Source of the DNA: an uncultured Alphaproteobacteria bacterium
Lineage (GTDB): Bacteria; Pseudomonadota; Alphaproteobacteria; ATCC43930; CGMCC-115725
Direction: 5' to 3'
DNA length: 64,000 bases
Assembly: GCA_963814865.1 (NCBI GenBank)
Contig: CAWFEN010000009.1
Coordinates: 167,041-231,040, forward strand
The notes under the pieces were generated by a model. It searched no databases, was not told the DNA's origin, and saw nothing but the letters and a program-made list of their open reading frames with translations. Shown piece after piece: positions 9,767-20,594 of the stretch. How positions within the stretch are numbered: the first letter of the stretch is position 1; each line of letters begins with the position of its first letter. The translations under genes were made by a program, and so were the position numbers.

Positions 9767-10286
9767 GGTCTCGATCCTCCCGCAACTCGGCTCCAGCTTG
9801 ACGCAGAATAAGCCCGGGTTCGGAGCGTGGAAAGCCGGCGCAGATCTGGCAACCTGGAGACTTGAGCTGCCGGCAAAATTTGCATGGCTTTCTCATACCA
9901 GCCATGCTATTTGCGCAGAACGCGCCAGACGGAGCAAATCCGCGGCAAGCGCGTGAAAGGGAGAGGCGAGGGTGATCCGGACGAGCCAGGGACGGGCTCG
10001 CGTCTGGGAGGCGGGAATGACACGACAACCGACGGACGAGGATGCCGGCGAGCGGAGAAACCGCTTGGAAGCCGGCAATATATGGCGGGTCGCGACGGTT
10101 GGATCAGGGCGGGCGGCGGCGCCCGGGGAGCGCGCCCCACGAGCCGGGGTTCGGGAGAAAATCAGGCCGATGCCTAACCCCATCGGGATGGCACCCGAAG
10201 ACGACGCCGGCGGCGACCGCGCTGCGGTCTTTGTGGGATGGCCAAGGATCTTCCCTGGCCTCTAGCGGGATCGCACGGCCTCATAG

Positions 10287-10505
10287 GGTCAACCGGGGCG
10301 AGCAGCAAAAAACCATGCCGCCCACACTTGGAACAGGAGCAACACGCCGGTCGGGCGGCACCTGATGCGGCTGCCGGAATCTGCGAGGCCCAGGCCCAGC
10401 AACGAGCACGCAACTTGAGCTGATTACGCAATAAGGCACCGCGCCGGCCTCGCCTGTTTTGCGCTTCCGCATGGTCCCCCGGGTTCGGCAATCTGGGAGG
10501 TCACC
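10287..10505 (+). promoter_or_regulatory. conserved structured 5' leader, copy 1 (candidate cis-regulatory RNA / riboswitch-like element)
   Basis: Shares architecture with 33869-34081 and 35511-35728. It has a covarying helix (tgccgccc/gggcggca), the loop GGAACAGGAGCAAC, an alternative helix, and a near-identical last 70 nt in which gcATGGTCCCCC is complementary to GGGAGGTCACCATgg (SD plus AUG). Confidence 0.55.
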
Positions 10506-11915
10506 ATGGCAGAGATCCGCCTGCTCGGCCGATCGCCGGCGGACGCCGGCTTTGTGCTCGGCCGCAAGCTCGACAGCATCCCGTTCAGCGCCTACCACCT
10601 CGCGATCATTGCGGTATTGGCGTGCGTTGGTTTTGTCGAGGGTTATGACCTCTCGATCACCGGCTCGCTGCTCGTCCTGGCAAAGCATCCGCTTTCCCTG
10701 ACCGGGGGTGACATTCGCTTTGTCGCCGTCGCTTCGACCTTGATGGCCTGCGTCGGTGGTTTCATGGCCTCGGCAATGTCGGATCATTGGAGTCGCAAGC
10801 TCGTCATGCAAGTGGGCGTGATCGCCACGACCTTTTTCACATTGCTGATTCCGCTCGTCGAGAATGCCGAGCAGCTGATTATCATTCGATTGTTGACGGG
10901 ACTGGGCGGCGGGTTCGCGGTCTCCGCGGCATTTCCAATCGCTGCCGAGCTGATGCCCGCCCGCCACCGGCGCACCTACGGTGCGATCTATGAGATGTCG
11001 TTGGCGGCCTCGTTCACCGCGGTGCTGTTGATCAGCTTCCTGCTCGCCGGCAATCCGAACGCTTTCCGGCTTCTGGCCTTGCCGGGCGGGCTCGCCCTTT
11101 TCACGATGCCGCCCCTGATCCATTTCGTGCTTCCGGAGAGCCCGCGCTGGCATCTGCGCCGCGGCCGCATAGAAGCCGCGGTCGCGGTCGTCAACCGGAT
11201 CATCTCGCGATCCGGCAGTCGGGTGCCGCCACTGACGGCCGCGGCGCTCGGCAGCGACATCGCGACGGCCCGCGAAAAGCTGCCGCCCTACTGGGCCTTG
11301 TTTCGCCCCGGCCAGCTGCGCTGGACCGTTGTCGGAATCCTCAGTGGCCTGTGCGCCGGCATTGCCGCTTATCTGGTCCACGTGCTGCTGCCCAAGGCGC
11401 TGGTCGATCAGGGTGCCGCCGTGTCGCTGAGCTTCGGGCTTGCCACGATCGTGTACGCGGCGAGCATCCCGGGCAAGGCGTTCACCGGGTACCTGATGGA
11501 GATCATCGGCCGGCGCTGGACAATCTTCTATGCCCTCGCCGGATCCTTGCCGGGACTTCTGCTGATGCTGATGGCACACCGCGCCGGGACCCATGCGACG
11601 ATCGTGATGATGGTGGGCGGATTGATTACCGGCTTTACCGTGCTATCGGCGTTCCCGGCAACCCGCGTCTATCTCTCCGAACAATTTCCGACCGCACTGC
11701 GCGGCCGCGGGCACATCTTTGGCGAGTCGTTCGGCCGGGTCTTCGCGGGCGTCCTGGCGCCGTTTCTGATGGCGCCGCACACCGGCTCGCCGGCCATCTT
11801 CTTTGGTACGATCCTGCTCGCAGTCGCGGTCGGCGCCTTCATCCCGCTGGCCTTCGGCCGCGAGACCGTCGGCCAGCTCGAAACCGTGACCGAGGGCGCT
11901 CCGGCATTGGCCTGA
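10506..11915 (+). CDS. MFS transporter (sugar-porter / SV2-NiaP-like metabolite:H+ symporter type), intact paralog
   Basis: 469-aa hydrophobic ORF with LDSIPFSAYHL.., LTGLGGGF, PIAAELMPARHRR, LPESPRWHLRRGR and EQFPTALRGRG. Confidence 0.85.
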   Translation: MAEIRLLGRSPADAGFVLGRKLDSIPFSAYHLAIIAVLACVGFVEGYDLSITGSLLVLAKHPLSLTGGDIRFVAVASTLMACVGGFMASAMSDHWSRKLVMQVGVIATTFFTLLIPLVENAEQLIIIRLLTGLGGGFAVSAAFPIAAELMPARHRRTYGAIYEMSLAASFTAVLLISFLLAGNPNAFRLLALPGGLALFTMPPLIHFVLPESPRWHLRRGRIEAAVAVVNRIISRSGSRVPPLTAAALGSDIATAREKLPPYWALFRPGQLRWTVVGILSGLCAGIAAYLVHVLLPKALVDQGAAVSLSFGLATIVYAASIPGKAFTGYLMEIIGRRWTIFYALAGSLPGLLLMLMAHRAGTHATIVMMVGGLITGFTVLSAFPATRVYLSEQFPTALRGRGHIFGESFGRVFAGVLAPFLMAPHTGSPAIFFGTILLAVAVGAFIPLAFGRETVGQLETVTEGAPALA

Positions 11916-11947
11916 CGACATCGGACAAAGGAGAGCGCCGAACGGTA

Positions 11948-12121
11948 GAGAGAGAGCCGCAGCATTTGCGCCAGCCGCGTCGCCCGGTTGCGCGAACCGC
12001 GCGGCCGCCCGGCCGGATTGCCCGACATGCCCCTCTGCCAGCGCCCCTCCGCATCGCGCGCCGCCGGCACTCCGCCCGCCGCCTGTTCCGCCTGATAATA
12101 CTGGGAATCTACAGGCACCAC
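11948..12121 (-). pseudogene. N-terminal remnant of a DUF5681-like (phage-associated) protein
   Basis: MVPVDSQYYQAEQAAGG..RGMSGNPAGRPRGSRNRAT contains the GNPxGRPxGSxN motif. The rest of the frame runs antisense into the MFS gene and looks non-coding. Confidence 0.3.
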
Positions 12122-12286
12122 TTTCTCCCGATCCGCCCCGGCACCCGCTCCCGGACGCCTCGATGCAGCAACCCTATCATGCGATTATGGCAACATCGGC
12201 GGCGGTACAACATGATCGTCGGTTTCAAGCCCCGACCGGTCGGACGCCCGCCGACGCCGCGAGCCGTCGCTTTGCCAAGCACTCGC

Positions 12287-12526
12287 CTATGTCGTCACGA
12301 CGGCATCCAGCCAATTCTCAATCGCGGAAAGATCGTGGGTCCAGACGAGGAAGAGGCCCGCGGCCTGGGCTCTCTCCAAATCGCTCACGCCGAAGACACC
12401 GCTGAGCAAGGCAATCGGGACGATCACCGTCCCGGCGTTCCGATGCCAATGCTCAGCCTTGGCGGCCGTGTCGTTCAGCACCCGCTTGACGCTGTCGACC
12501 ACGGAACTCGAGTCCTTTGCCTTCAC
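12287..12526 (-). pseudogene. orphan C-terminal gene fragment (family not recognised)
   Basis: ..VKAKDSSSVVDSVKRVLNDTAAKAEHWHRNAGTVIVPIALLSGVFGVSDLERAQAAGLFLVWTHDLSAIENWLDAVVTT* is protein-like. It has no plausible N-terminal part, because the upstream sequence is the ABC permease stop region. Confidence 0.3.
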
Positions 12527-12564
12527 AGGGCAATAAAACAGGTACAACCCGGTCGGAAGCCGGT

Positions 12565-13467
12565 CTAGCGGTCGCGCAGCTTGGGGTCGAGGACGTCGCG
12601 CAGCGCGTCGCCAAACAGGCTGAAGCCGAACACGGTGAGCGCGATCGCAAGGCCGGGGAAGACCGCGATCCAGGGTGCCGTCGCGGCATATTCCTCGGCC
12701 CCGCCCTGCAGCATCAGGCCCCAGGCCGGCACCGGCTCCTGGACGCCGAGCCCGAGATAGGAGAGTGCCGCCTCGGCCAGGATCGCCTGGCCGACAAAGG
12801 CGGTCAGCAGGATCAGGAACGGCGCCATCACATTCGGCACCATGTGGCGCAGGATGATCCTCACATGGCCGAAGCCGCAGGCGCGGGCGGCGTCGACATA
12901 GGGCACCTCGCGGATCGCCAGCGCGCTCGACCGCACCACCCGCGCGCAGCGCGGGATCAGCGGGATGGTGATCGCGATGATCACATTGTGCACGCCGGTG
13001 CCGAAGATCGACACGACGGCGAGCGCCATGATGATCAGCGGAAACGCCATCAGCACGTCGAGGAGGCGCTGGAACGCCAGATCGATCCGCCCGCCGAAAT
13101 AGGCGCTGCCGACGCCGAGCACCAGGCCGGTGAAGCCGCCGACAAAGGCCGAGGAGAAGCCGACGATCAGCGCGGTGCGCGCCCCGAAGATGATGCGCGA
13201 GAGCTGGTCGCGCCCGAACTGGTCGGTGCCGAGCAGATGCGTCCAGCTCGGCGGCTCGGTCATCGCGGCGAAGTCGTTGGCGGTCGGGTTGTACGGCGCG
13301 ATCCAATTGGCGCCGAGGCCGGCGACGAAAATCACGATGACGATCGCCATGCCGATCGTGCCGAGCGGCTGGCGGCGGCAAAACCGGAACACCCGATCGC
13401 GGATCGAGTGCTTCAGCTCCTGCAACTCGTCGGCGGCCGGAGAGAGAGCGGATTCGGTGCTGGACAT
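12565..13467 (-). CDS. ABC transporter permease (DppC/OppC type)
   Basis: LLGTDQFGRDQLSRIIFGAR and the EAA-like loop ..SSALAIREVPYVDAARACG..; ends ..GDALRDVLDPKLR. Confidence 0.85.
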   Translation of the reverse strand: MSSTESALSPAADELQELKHSIRDRVFRFCRRQPLGTIGMAIVIVIFVAGLGANWIAPYNPTANDFAAMTEPPSWTHLLGTDQFGRDQLSRIIFGARTALIVGFSSAFVGGFTGLVLGVGSAYFGGRIDLAFQRLLDVLMAFPLIIMALAVVSIFGTGVHNVIIAITIPLIPRCARVVRSSALAIREVPYVDAARACGFGHVRIILRHMVPNVMAPFLILLTAFVGQAILAEAALSYLGLGVQEPVPAWGLMLQGGAEEYAATAPWIAVFPGLAIALTVFGFSLFGDALRDVLDPKLRDR

Positions 13468-13481
13468 CGCGCGAGCCTCGG

Positions 13482-14453
13482 TCAGGCGAAACGGATGCGC
13501 GGATCGAGCCACGCATAGGCGAGATCGACGGCCAGATTGGCCAGGACGAAGACGGCAACGACGAGCATCACCAATGCCTGGGTCAAGGTGTAATCCTGGT
13601 TTTGCACCGCCAGCACGAGCAGCCGGCCGACCCCGTTCAGGTTGAACACCTGCTCGGTCACGACAAGGCCGCCGATCAGAAAGGCGAACTCGATGCCGAT
13701 CAGGGTGACGACCGGCAACAGTGCGTTCTTCAAGGCGTGCCGGTTGATGATGATCCGCTCGATCAAGCCCTTGGCCCGCGCCGTGCGGATATAGTCTTCG
13801 CGCAGCACTTCGAGCATCGCCGAGCGCGTCATCCGCATGGTGACGGCGGAATAGCGGTAGCCGACCGTGACCGCCGGCAGAATCGCCATCGACAGGTTGC
13901 GGATCGGGTCCTGCCAGATCGGCACATAATCAATGGGCGGCATCCACGGCGCCCCGAAAACGGCCTGGGAGATATTGAGAACGGCGAGAATCGACAGGAT
14001 GCCGATCCAGAACGACGGGGTCGCGATCCCGGCGATCGCCACCGTGCGCACCACCAGATCGATCCAGCTGTTCTGCTTCAGCGCCGAGATGGTGCCGAGC
14101 GGGATCGCGATGGTCAGCGCCACCACCGTCGCCAGCAGCGCGATCTCGAGCGAAATCGGCAGACGCGTCATGATTTCGTAGGAGACGGGCTTGCCCGACC
14201 ACATCGACGTGCCGAAGTCGAAACGGCAGAAGCCCCAGACGAAATCGAAGAACTGGAGCCAGAGCGGGCGGTCGAGACCGAGCTCGGCGTGGCAGGCGGC
14301 AACCGCGCGCTCGTCGAAGGTGCCGCCGCCCGAGCCGAGACGCACGACGCAGATGTCGCCGGGGATCAGGCGCATCAGCACGAAGACGATCACCGCCGCC
14401 CCGACCAGGGTCGGAATTGCCAGCAAAATCCGCTGTATGATATATCGATACAT
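13482..14453 (-). CDS. ABC transporter permease (DppB/OppB type)
   Basis: MYRYIIQRILLAIPTLVGAAVIVFVLMRLIPGD.., ..VLREDYIRTARAKGL.., ..VDLAYAWLDPRIR. Confidence 0.85.
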   Translation of the reverse strand: MYRYIIQRILLAIPTLVGAAVIVFVLMRLIPGDICVVRLGSGGGTFDERAVAACHAELGLDRPLWLQFFDFVWGFCRFDFGTSMWSGKPVSYEIMTRLPISLEIALLATVVALTIAIPLGTISALKQNSWIDLVVRTVAIAGIATPSFWIGILSILAVLNISQAVFGAPWMPPIDYVPIWQDPIRNLSMAILPAVTVGYRYSAVTMRMTRSAMLEVLREDYIRTARAKGLIERIIINRHALKNALLPVVTLIGIEFAFLIGGLVVTEQVFNLNGVGRLLVLAVQNQDYTLTQALVMLVVAVFVLANLAVDLAYAWLDPRIRFA

Positions 14454-14480
14454 TGCCGCAATCCGATCCTGTCGTCCCTG

Positions 14481-14660
14481 TTATTTATCCAGCCAGATCG
14501 TGGACAAGTCCTGATTGATGAAATGGCTCGGACTGATCTTCCAGCCTTTGACATATGAGCGATAGGGCACGATCCGATACCACCACAATAGCATCATGGC
14601 GTGAGCCTGGGTATCCATCGCCTCCTTCTCGAAATCTCAAACGCAGCATCCTCTCCTCCT
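14481..14660 (-). pseudogene. 3' remnant of a fourth family-5 substrate-binding protein paralog
   Basis: Translates to ..[50 protein letters not shown], matching the last ~50 aa of the three SBP genes. An in-frame TGA and an indel lie immediately upstream. Confidence 0.75.
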
Positions 14661-14695
14661 CGGTGCCGGCCGGTGGCGATCGACGGGAGCGGCCG

Positions 14696-15694
<999 letters not shown>

Positions 15695-15716
15695 GACGCT
15701 GTTTGCGCCGCGCCGC

Positions 15717-17321
15717 TCATTTGTCGAGCCAGATCGTGGCCAGATCCTGGTTGACGTAATGGCTCGGCCCGATCTTCCACCCTTTGACGTAGGAATGGTA
15801 CGGCACCACCCGCTGCCACCACAAAAGGAAGATCTCGTGCGCCTGCTCGTCGAGCACGTATTTCGAGAATGCCAGCAGATCCGCCTTCTGCTTTGCCTTG
15901 TCGAGCTCGCGCAGCTGACGGTTGTACATCTCAACTTCTTTGGCGTCTTCGAAATTGCCATAGTTCGAGCCGGATACCGAATGCGGCAGATATTTGCCGA
16001 CATCGGCCAGCGGATTAACCACGTTCTGGCAATTGCCCTCGACCGTGACGTCGAAATTGCCGCTGCGCTGGGCTGCGAACCAGGGACCGACGGGGAGGAC
16101 CTTCTGCGTCACGTGCAGGCCGATCTTGCTCCACTGGTCGACGACCCAGATCCCGTAATATTTGTAGGGCTGATCGTTGTTGCGGTTGAGCAGCTCGAAG
16201 CTGAGACCCTCGGCCCCGGCCTCCTTCAGCAGACGCCGCGCCTCGGCCCGCGATTTCTCGATATCGGGCCAGTAGCCGGCGATCTGCTGCAGTTCCTCCT
16301 TGCTCGGGGCCAGGGGCGAGCCTGGGAAGGTGACGCCGCCGACCGTGTGCACGAGGGCGATCCTGGACAGCTCGGGCGCGCTGCCCCAGCGGTCGATGGC
16401 CAGGGTCAAGGCGCGGCGCACCCGCACGTCGTCGAACGGCTTGCGCGCATGGTTCGGGGTCACCAGCCCGCCGCAGTTCCAGTCGCTGGTCTGGATCGCC
16501 AGCTTGTCGCCAAGCGCGTTCTTCAACTCGTCGACCGCCGAGGGCGGAAACCCGCGGAATTCGATGTCGGCGCGGCCGCTGCGGATCGCCTCGATCTCGA
16601 CCGCCTGCTTGGGGGCGAAGATGCCGGTGAACCCGTCGAGATAGGGCATCCCCTTACGGAAGTAGTCGGGGTTGCGCGCCCCCTTGATCGACTGGCCGGT
16701 CTCGTAGGCGACGAATTTGAACGGGCCCGAGCCCATGATGTTCGTTTCGTACCAGTGCGGATCCTTGTCGATGATCTTCTTTTCGTAGATCCAGGCGTAG
16801 GGGTCGGCGAGCGCCGGCAGGAACGCATCGGTCGCGAATTTCAGGCGAAACACGACAGTCGAGGGGTCGGGCGCGGTGACCGAATCGACCATGACAAAAT
16901 TGCTCTGCCGCACGCTGAGGACGCCCTTTGGCGGGAAGATGATCTCGTTCCAGCTCGCCGCCACGTCGGCGGCGGTCAACGGCGAGCCGTCGGTGAATCG
17001 CACGCCATCGCGGATCTTGAAGGTCCAGGTCTTGCTGCCGTCGGTCGGCTGCGGCATCGTTGTGCACAAATCGCAGACCAGATCGTCGGTCTTGCCCGGA
17101 TTGTATGGATCGGCGCGGATCAGGGTGCTGTAGAACGGCGCTGCCGAATGGATCGTCGCATAAGTCTCCTCGCGGTGCGCGTCAAAGGAGGGCGGCGCGT
17201 CGGCCGGGATCATGTAGGTCAGGGTTCCGCCATGCTTCGGGGCTTCCTCGTCGGTTGCCGCCGCAGCCGCGAACGCCGTAACGCCGAACAGCGCGGCCAA
17301 AGCCGCTGTCTTGATCCGCAT
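15717..17321 (-). CDS. ABC transporter substrate-binding protein, family 5 (peptide/nickel/opine type), intact paralog
   Basis: Signal peptide [22 protein letters not shown], then [22 protein letters not shown].. through ..WLDK*. ATG at 17321 has GGAAGG upstream. Confidence 0.85.
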   Translation of the reverse strand: MRIKTAALAALFGVTAFAAAAATDEEAPKHGGTLTYMIPADAPPSFDAHREETYATIHSAAPFYSTLIRADPYNPGKTDDLVCDLCTTMPQPTDGSKTWTFKIRDGVRFTDGSPLTAADVAASWNEIIFPPKGVLSVRQSNFVMVDSVTAPDPSTVVFRLKFATDAFLPALADPYAWIYEKKIIDKDPHWYETNIMGSGPFKFVAYETGQSIKGARNPDYFRKGMPYLDGFTGIFAPKQAVEIEAIRSGRADIEFRGFPPSAVDELKNALGDKLAIQTSDWNCGGLVTPNHARKPFDDVRVRRALTLAIDRWGSAPELSRIALVHTVGGVTFPGSPLAPSKEELQQIAGYWPDIEKSRAEARRLLKEAGAEGLSFELLNRNNDQPYKYYGIWVVDQWSKIGLHVTQKVLPVGPWFAAQRSGNFDVTVEGNCQNVVNPLADVGKYLPHSVSGSNYGNFEDAKEVEMYNRQLRELDKAKQKADLLAFSKYVLDEQAHEIFLLWWQRVVPYHSYVKGWKIGPSHYVNQDLATIWLDK

Positions 17322-17337
17322 GTTCTTTCCTTCCTGT

Positions 17338-18959
17338 CTACTTATCGAGCCAGATCGTCGCCAGATCCTGGTTGATGAAGTGGGTCGGCGCGATCTTCCA
17401 GCCCTTGAGGTAGGACCGGTACGGCACGATCCGGTGCCACCACAATACCCAGATCTCATGTGCCTGGTCGTCGAGGACGTGTTTCTCGAACCGGCGCATC
17501 AGCGCGCGCTGCTTTGCCGGATCGGTTTCATGCAGCATCTCCTGGTAGAGCGCGACCTCGGCGTCATCCTTGTAATGCGCGTAATTCTCGGCGTCGGCCG
17601 GGTAGGGCAGCACCTTCTGCACATCGAGCAGCGGGTTGACCAACCCATGGCCGGGGGCTTCGAGCACGACATCGAAATTGCCGTTGCGCATCGCGTCGAA
17701 CCAGGGGCCGGTCGGCAGGACCCGCTGGGTCACATGCAGCCCGACCTTGCTCCATTGGTCGATCAGCCAGATGGCGACGTATTTGAACGGCTGGTCGACG
17801 CCGCGGTTCAACAGCTCGAATGAGAGCCCCTCGGCTCCGGCCTCCTTGAGCAGGCGCCGCGCCTCGGCGCGCGACTTCTCGATGTCGGGCCAATAGCCGG
17901 CGATCTGCTGAAGCTCCTCCTTGGTCGCGGCGAGCGGCGAGGCGGGGAAGACGATGCCGCCGACGGTCCTGACGATCGCGATTTTCGACAATCCCGGCGC
18001 GCCGCCCCAACGGTCGATCGCCAGGCTCAGCGCGCGGCGCACCCGCGGGTCGTCGAACGGCTTCTTCTGATGGTTCGGCGTTACCGCGCTGGCGACGTTC
18101 CAATCGCCTTCCTGGACCGTGATCTTGTCGCCGAGCGCCCGCGTCAGCTCGTCGCGGGCGGCTCGGTGGAAAGCCGCGGAACTCGATCGCCGCACGATCG
18201 GCCCGGATCGCCTCGACCTGCACCGCCTGCTTCGGCGCGTAGATGCCGGTGAAGCCGTCGAGGTAAGGCAGTCCTTTATGGTAATAATCCGGATTGCGCA
18301 CCCCCTTGATCGACTGGCCCACCTGGTATTCGACGAATTTGAACGGCCCCGAGCCCATGATGTTCTTTTCATACCAGCGCGGATCCTGGTCGAGGATCTT
18401 CTTTTCGTAGATCCAGTTGAACGGATCGGCGATTGCCGGCAGAAACGCCGTCGTCGCGAATTTGAGGTGGAAGACGACGGTCGAGGGGTCTGGAGCCGCG
18501 ATCGTGTCGATCATCAGATAATTGCTTTGCCGGGCGCTGAGCACCCCGTTCGGCGGAAACACGATCTCGTTGAAGCTCGCCGCCACGTCGGCGGCGGTCA
18601 GCGGCGAGCCGTCGGTGAATTTGACCTCGCCGCGGATCTTGAAGGTGTAGGTCTTGCCGCTATCGGCCGGGGCCGGCATCGCCGTGCACAGGTCGCAGAC
18701 GAAATCGGTGGTGGAGGACGGGTTCTCCGGGTTGATGCGAATAAGGACGCTGTAGAAGGGCGCGGCCGAATGCACCGTCGCATAGGTGCTTTCGCGGTGC
18801 GCGTCGAAGCTCGGCGGCGCATCGGCCGGGATCATGTAGGTCAACGTGCCGCCGCGTTTCGGCGCTCGCCTCCTCACCGGCATGGGCCGCGAATGCGATG
18901 CTGCCGAGGATCGCGGCCAAAATCGCCGCTGCCGTGATGCTCGCGCGGATCTCGGGCAC
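17338..18959 (-). pseudogene. family-5 substrate-binding protein paralog with two frame disruptions
   Basis: The signal peptide (V)PEIRASITAAAILAAILGSIAFAAHAGEEA is in one frame. [17 protein letters not shown].. is in a second frame after a 4-nt extra segment near 18860-18868. ..ARDELTRALGDK..WLDK* is in a third frame after a 1-nt insertion near 18157-18164. Confidence 0.75.
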
Positions 18960-18960
18960 G

Positions 18961-20573
18961 TTATTTATCCAGCCAGACCGTCGCCAGATCCTGATTGATG
19001 AAATGGCTGGGGCTGATCTTCCAGCCCTTCACATACGACCGGTAGGGAACGATCCGGTACCACCACACCACCCAGATCTCGTGCGCCTCGGTATCGACCA
19101 CGTGTTTCTCGAACTCGCGCATCAGGGCGCGCTGCCTGGCGAAATCGGTCTCGCGCAGCATCCTGTTGTAGAGCTCGACCTCCGGCGGGTCTTGGTAATT
19201 GGCGTAATTCGCGGAATAGACCGAGCTCGGCAGGTAGGGCTGGACGTCGAGCAGCGGGTTCGGCACGCCGTGGCAATCGGCTTGCAGCACGACGTCGAAA
19301 TCCTCGCGCCGCATCGCATCGATCCACGGACCGGTCGGCATCACGCGCTGGGTCGCATGGAGCCCGACCTTGCTCCATTCGTCGACGAGCCAGGTGCCGA
19401 CATATTTGTAGGGCTGGTCGACGTTGCGGTTCAGGAGCTCGAAGCTGAGCCCTTCGGCCCCGGCCTCCTTCAAGAGGCGCTTCGCCTCGGCCCGCGATTT
19501 GTCGATGTCGGGCCAGAACCCGGCGACCTGCTCGAGCTCCTGCCGGGTCGCCGCCAACGGCGAGCCCGGAAAGACGATGCCGCCGACGGTGCGCACATCG
19601 GCGATCTTGGCGAGCGCCGGCGCGCCGTGCCAGCGATCGACCGCGAGGGTCAGCGCGCGGCGTACCCGGGCGTCGTCGAACGGCTTCTTCTTGTGGTTGG
19701 GGGTGATCAGGCTGCCGCAGTTCCAGTCGCTTTCCTGCACCGCGAGCTTGTCGCCGAGGGCGTTCTTCAGCTCGTCGCGCGCCGCCGGCGGCAGACCGCG
19801 GAACTCGATCGAAGCGCGGTCGCTGCGGATTGCCGCGACCCGGACGGCCTGCTTATCCGCATAGATGCCGGTGAAGCCATCGAGGTAAGGCAGCCCCTTG
19901 TGATAGTAGTCGGGATTGCGCACACCCGTGATCGACTGGCCGGTCTGATATCCCGTGAACCTGAAGGGGCCCGAGCCCAGGACGTTCTTCTCGTACCAGC
20001 GGGGGTCCTTATCGAGAATTTCCTTTTTGTAGATGAAGGTGAACGGATCGGCGAGCGCCGGCAGAAACGCGCTGGTGGCGAATTTCAGATGGAATACCAC
20101 GGTCGAGGGGTCGGGCGCGGCGACCGTGTCGACCATCTCGTACCAGCTCTCGCGCGGGCTCAGGACGCCTTTGGGCGGGTGGATGATCTCGTTCCAGCTC
20201 GCCGCCACATCGGCGGCGGTCAAGGGCGAGCCGTCGGCAAACTTGACGCCGCTGCGGATCTTGAAGCGTAGGTCCGGCCGCCATCGGTCGGCTGCGGCAG
20301 CACCGTGCACAGATCGCAGACGAAATCGGTCGTCGAGGACGGGTTTTCCGGGTTGATCCGGATCAGCACGCTGTAGAAGGGCGCGACCGAATGCAGGGTC
20401 GCATAAGTGCCCTCGCGATGGCCGTCGAGGCTCGGCGGCGCGTCGGCCGGGATCATGTAGGTCAGGATGCCGCCGCGCTTCGGCATTTCCTCGTCGCCGG
20501 CGGGTGCGGCCATGGCCGCCGTGGCGAGGACAGCGCCAAAACCTGCCGCCAGCAGCCCCTCTGCGAGCCTCAT
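18961..20573 (-). pseudogene. family-5 substrate-binding protein paralog with one frame disruption
   Basis: [55 protein letters not shown] in one frame, then [25 protein letters not shown] in another. A 1-nt deletion lies near 20263-20272. Confidence 0.75.
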
Positions 20574-20594
20574 CGTTTCCTCCGGCTATGGGGT

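Noticed and set aside
10287-10505. Assigning the MFS leader to the cobalamin, TPP, glycine, FMN or guanidine riboswitch classes.
   Set aside because: There are partial look-alikes: GCGGCCCGCCGTAA versus the B12 core, ACCTGAT in copy 1 only, and AGGAGCAAC versus the glycine CGAAGGAGCAA. None is conserved across the three copies, and the defining boxes (GCCACTG, CTGAGA, CTCTCAGG..AAAGGAC) are absent. A covariance-model scan is still needed.
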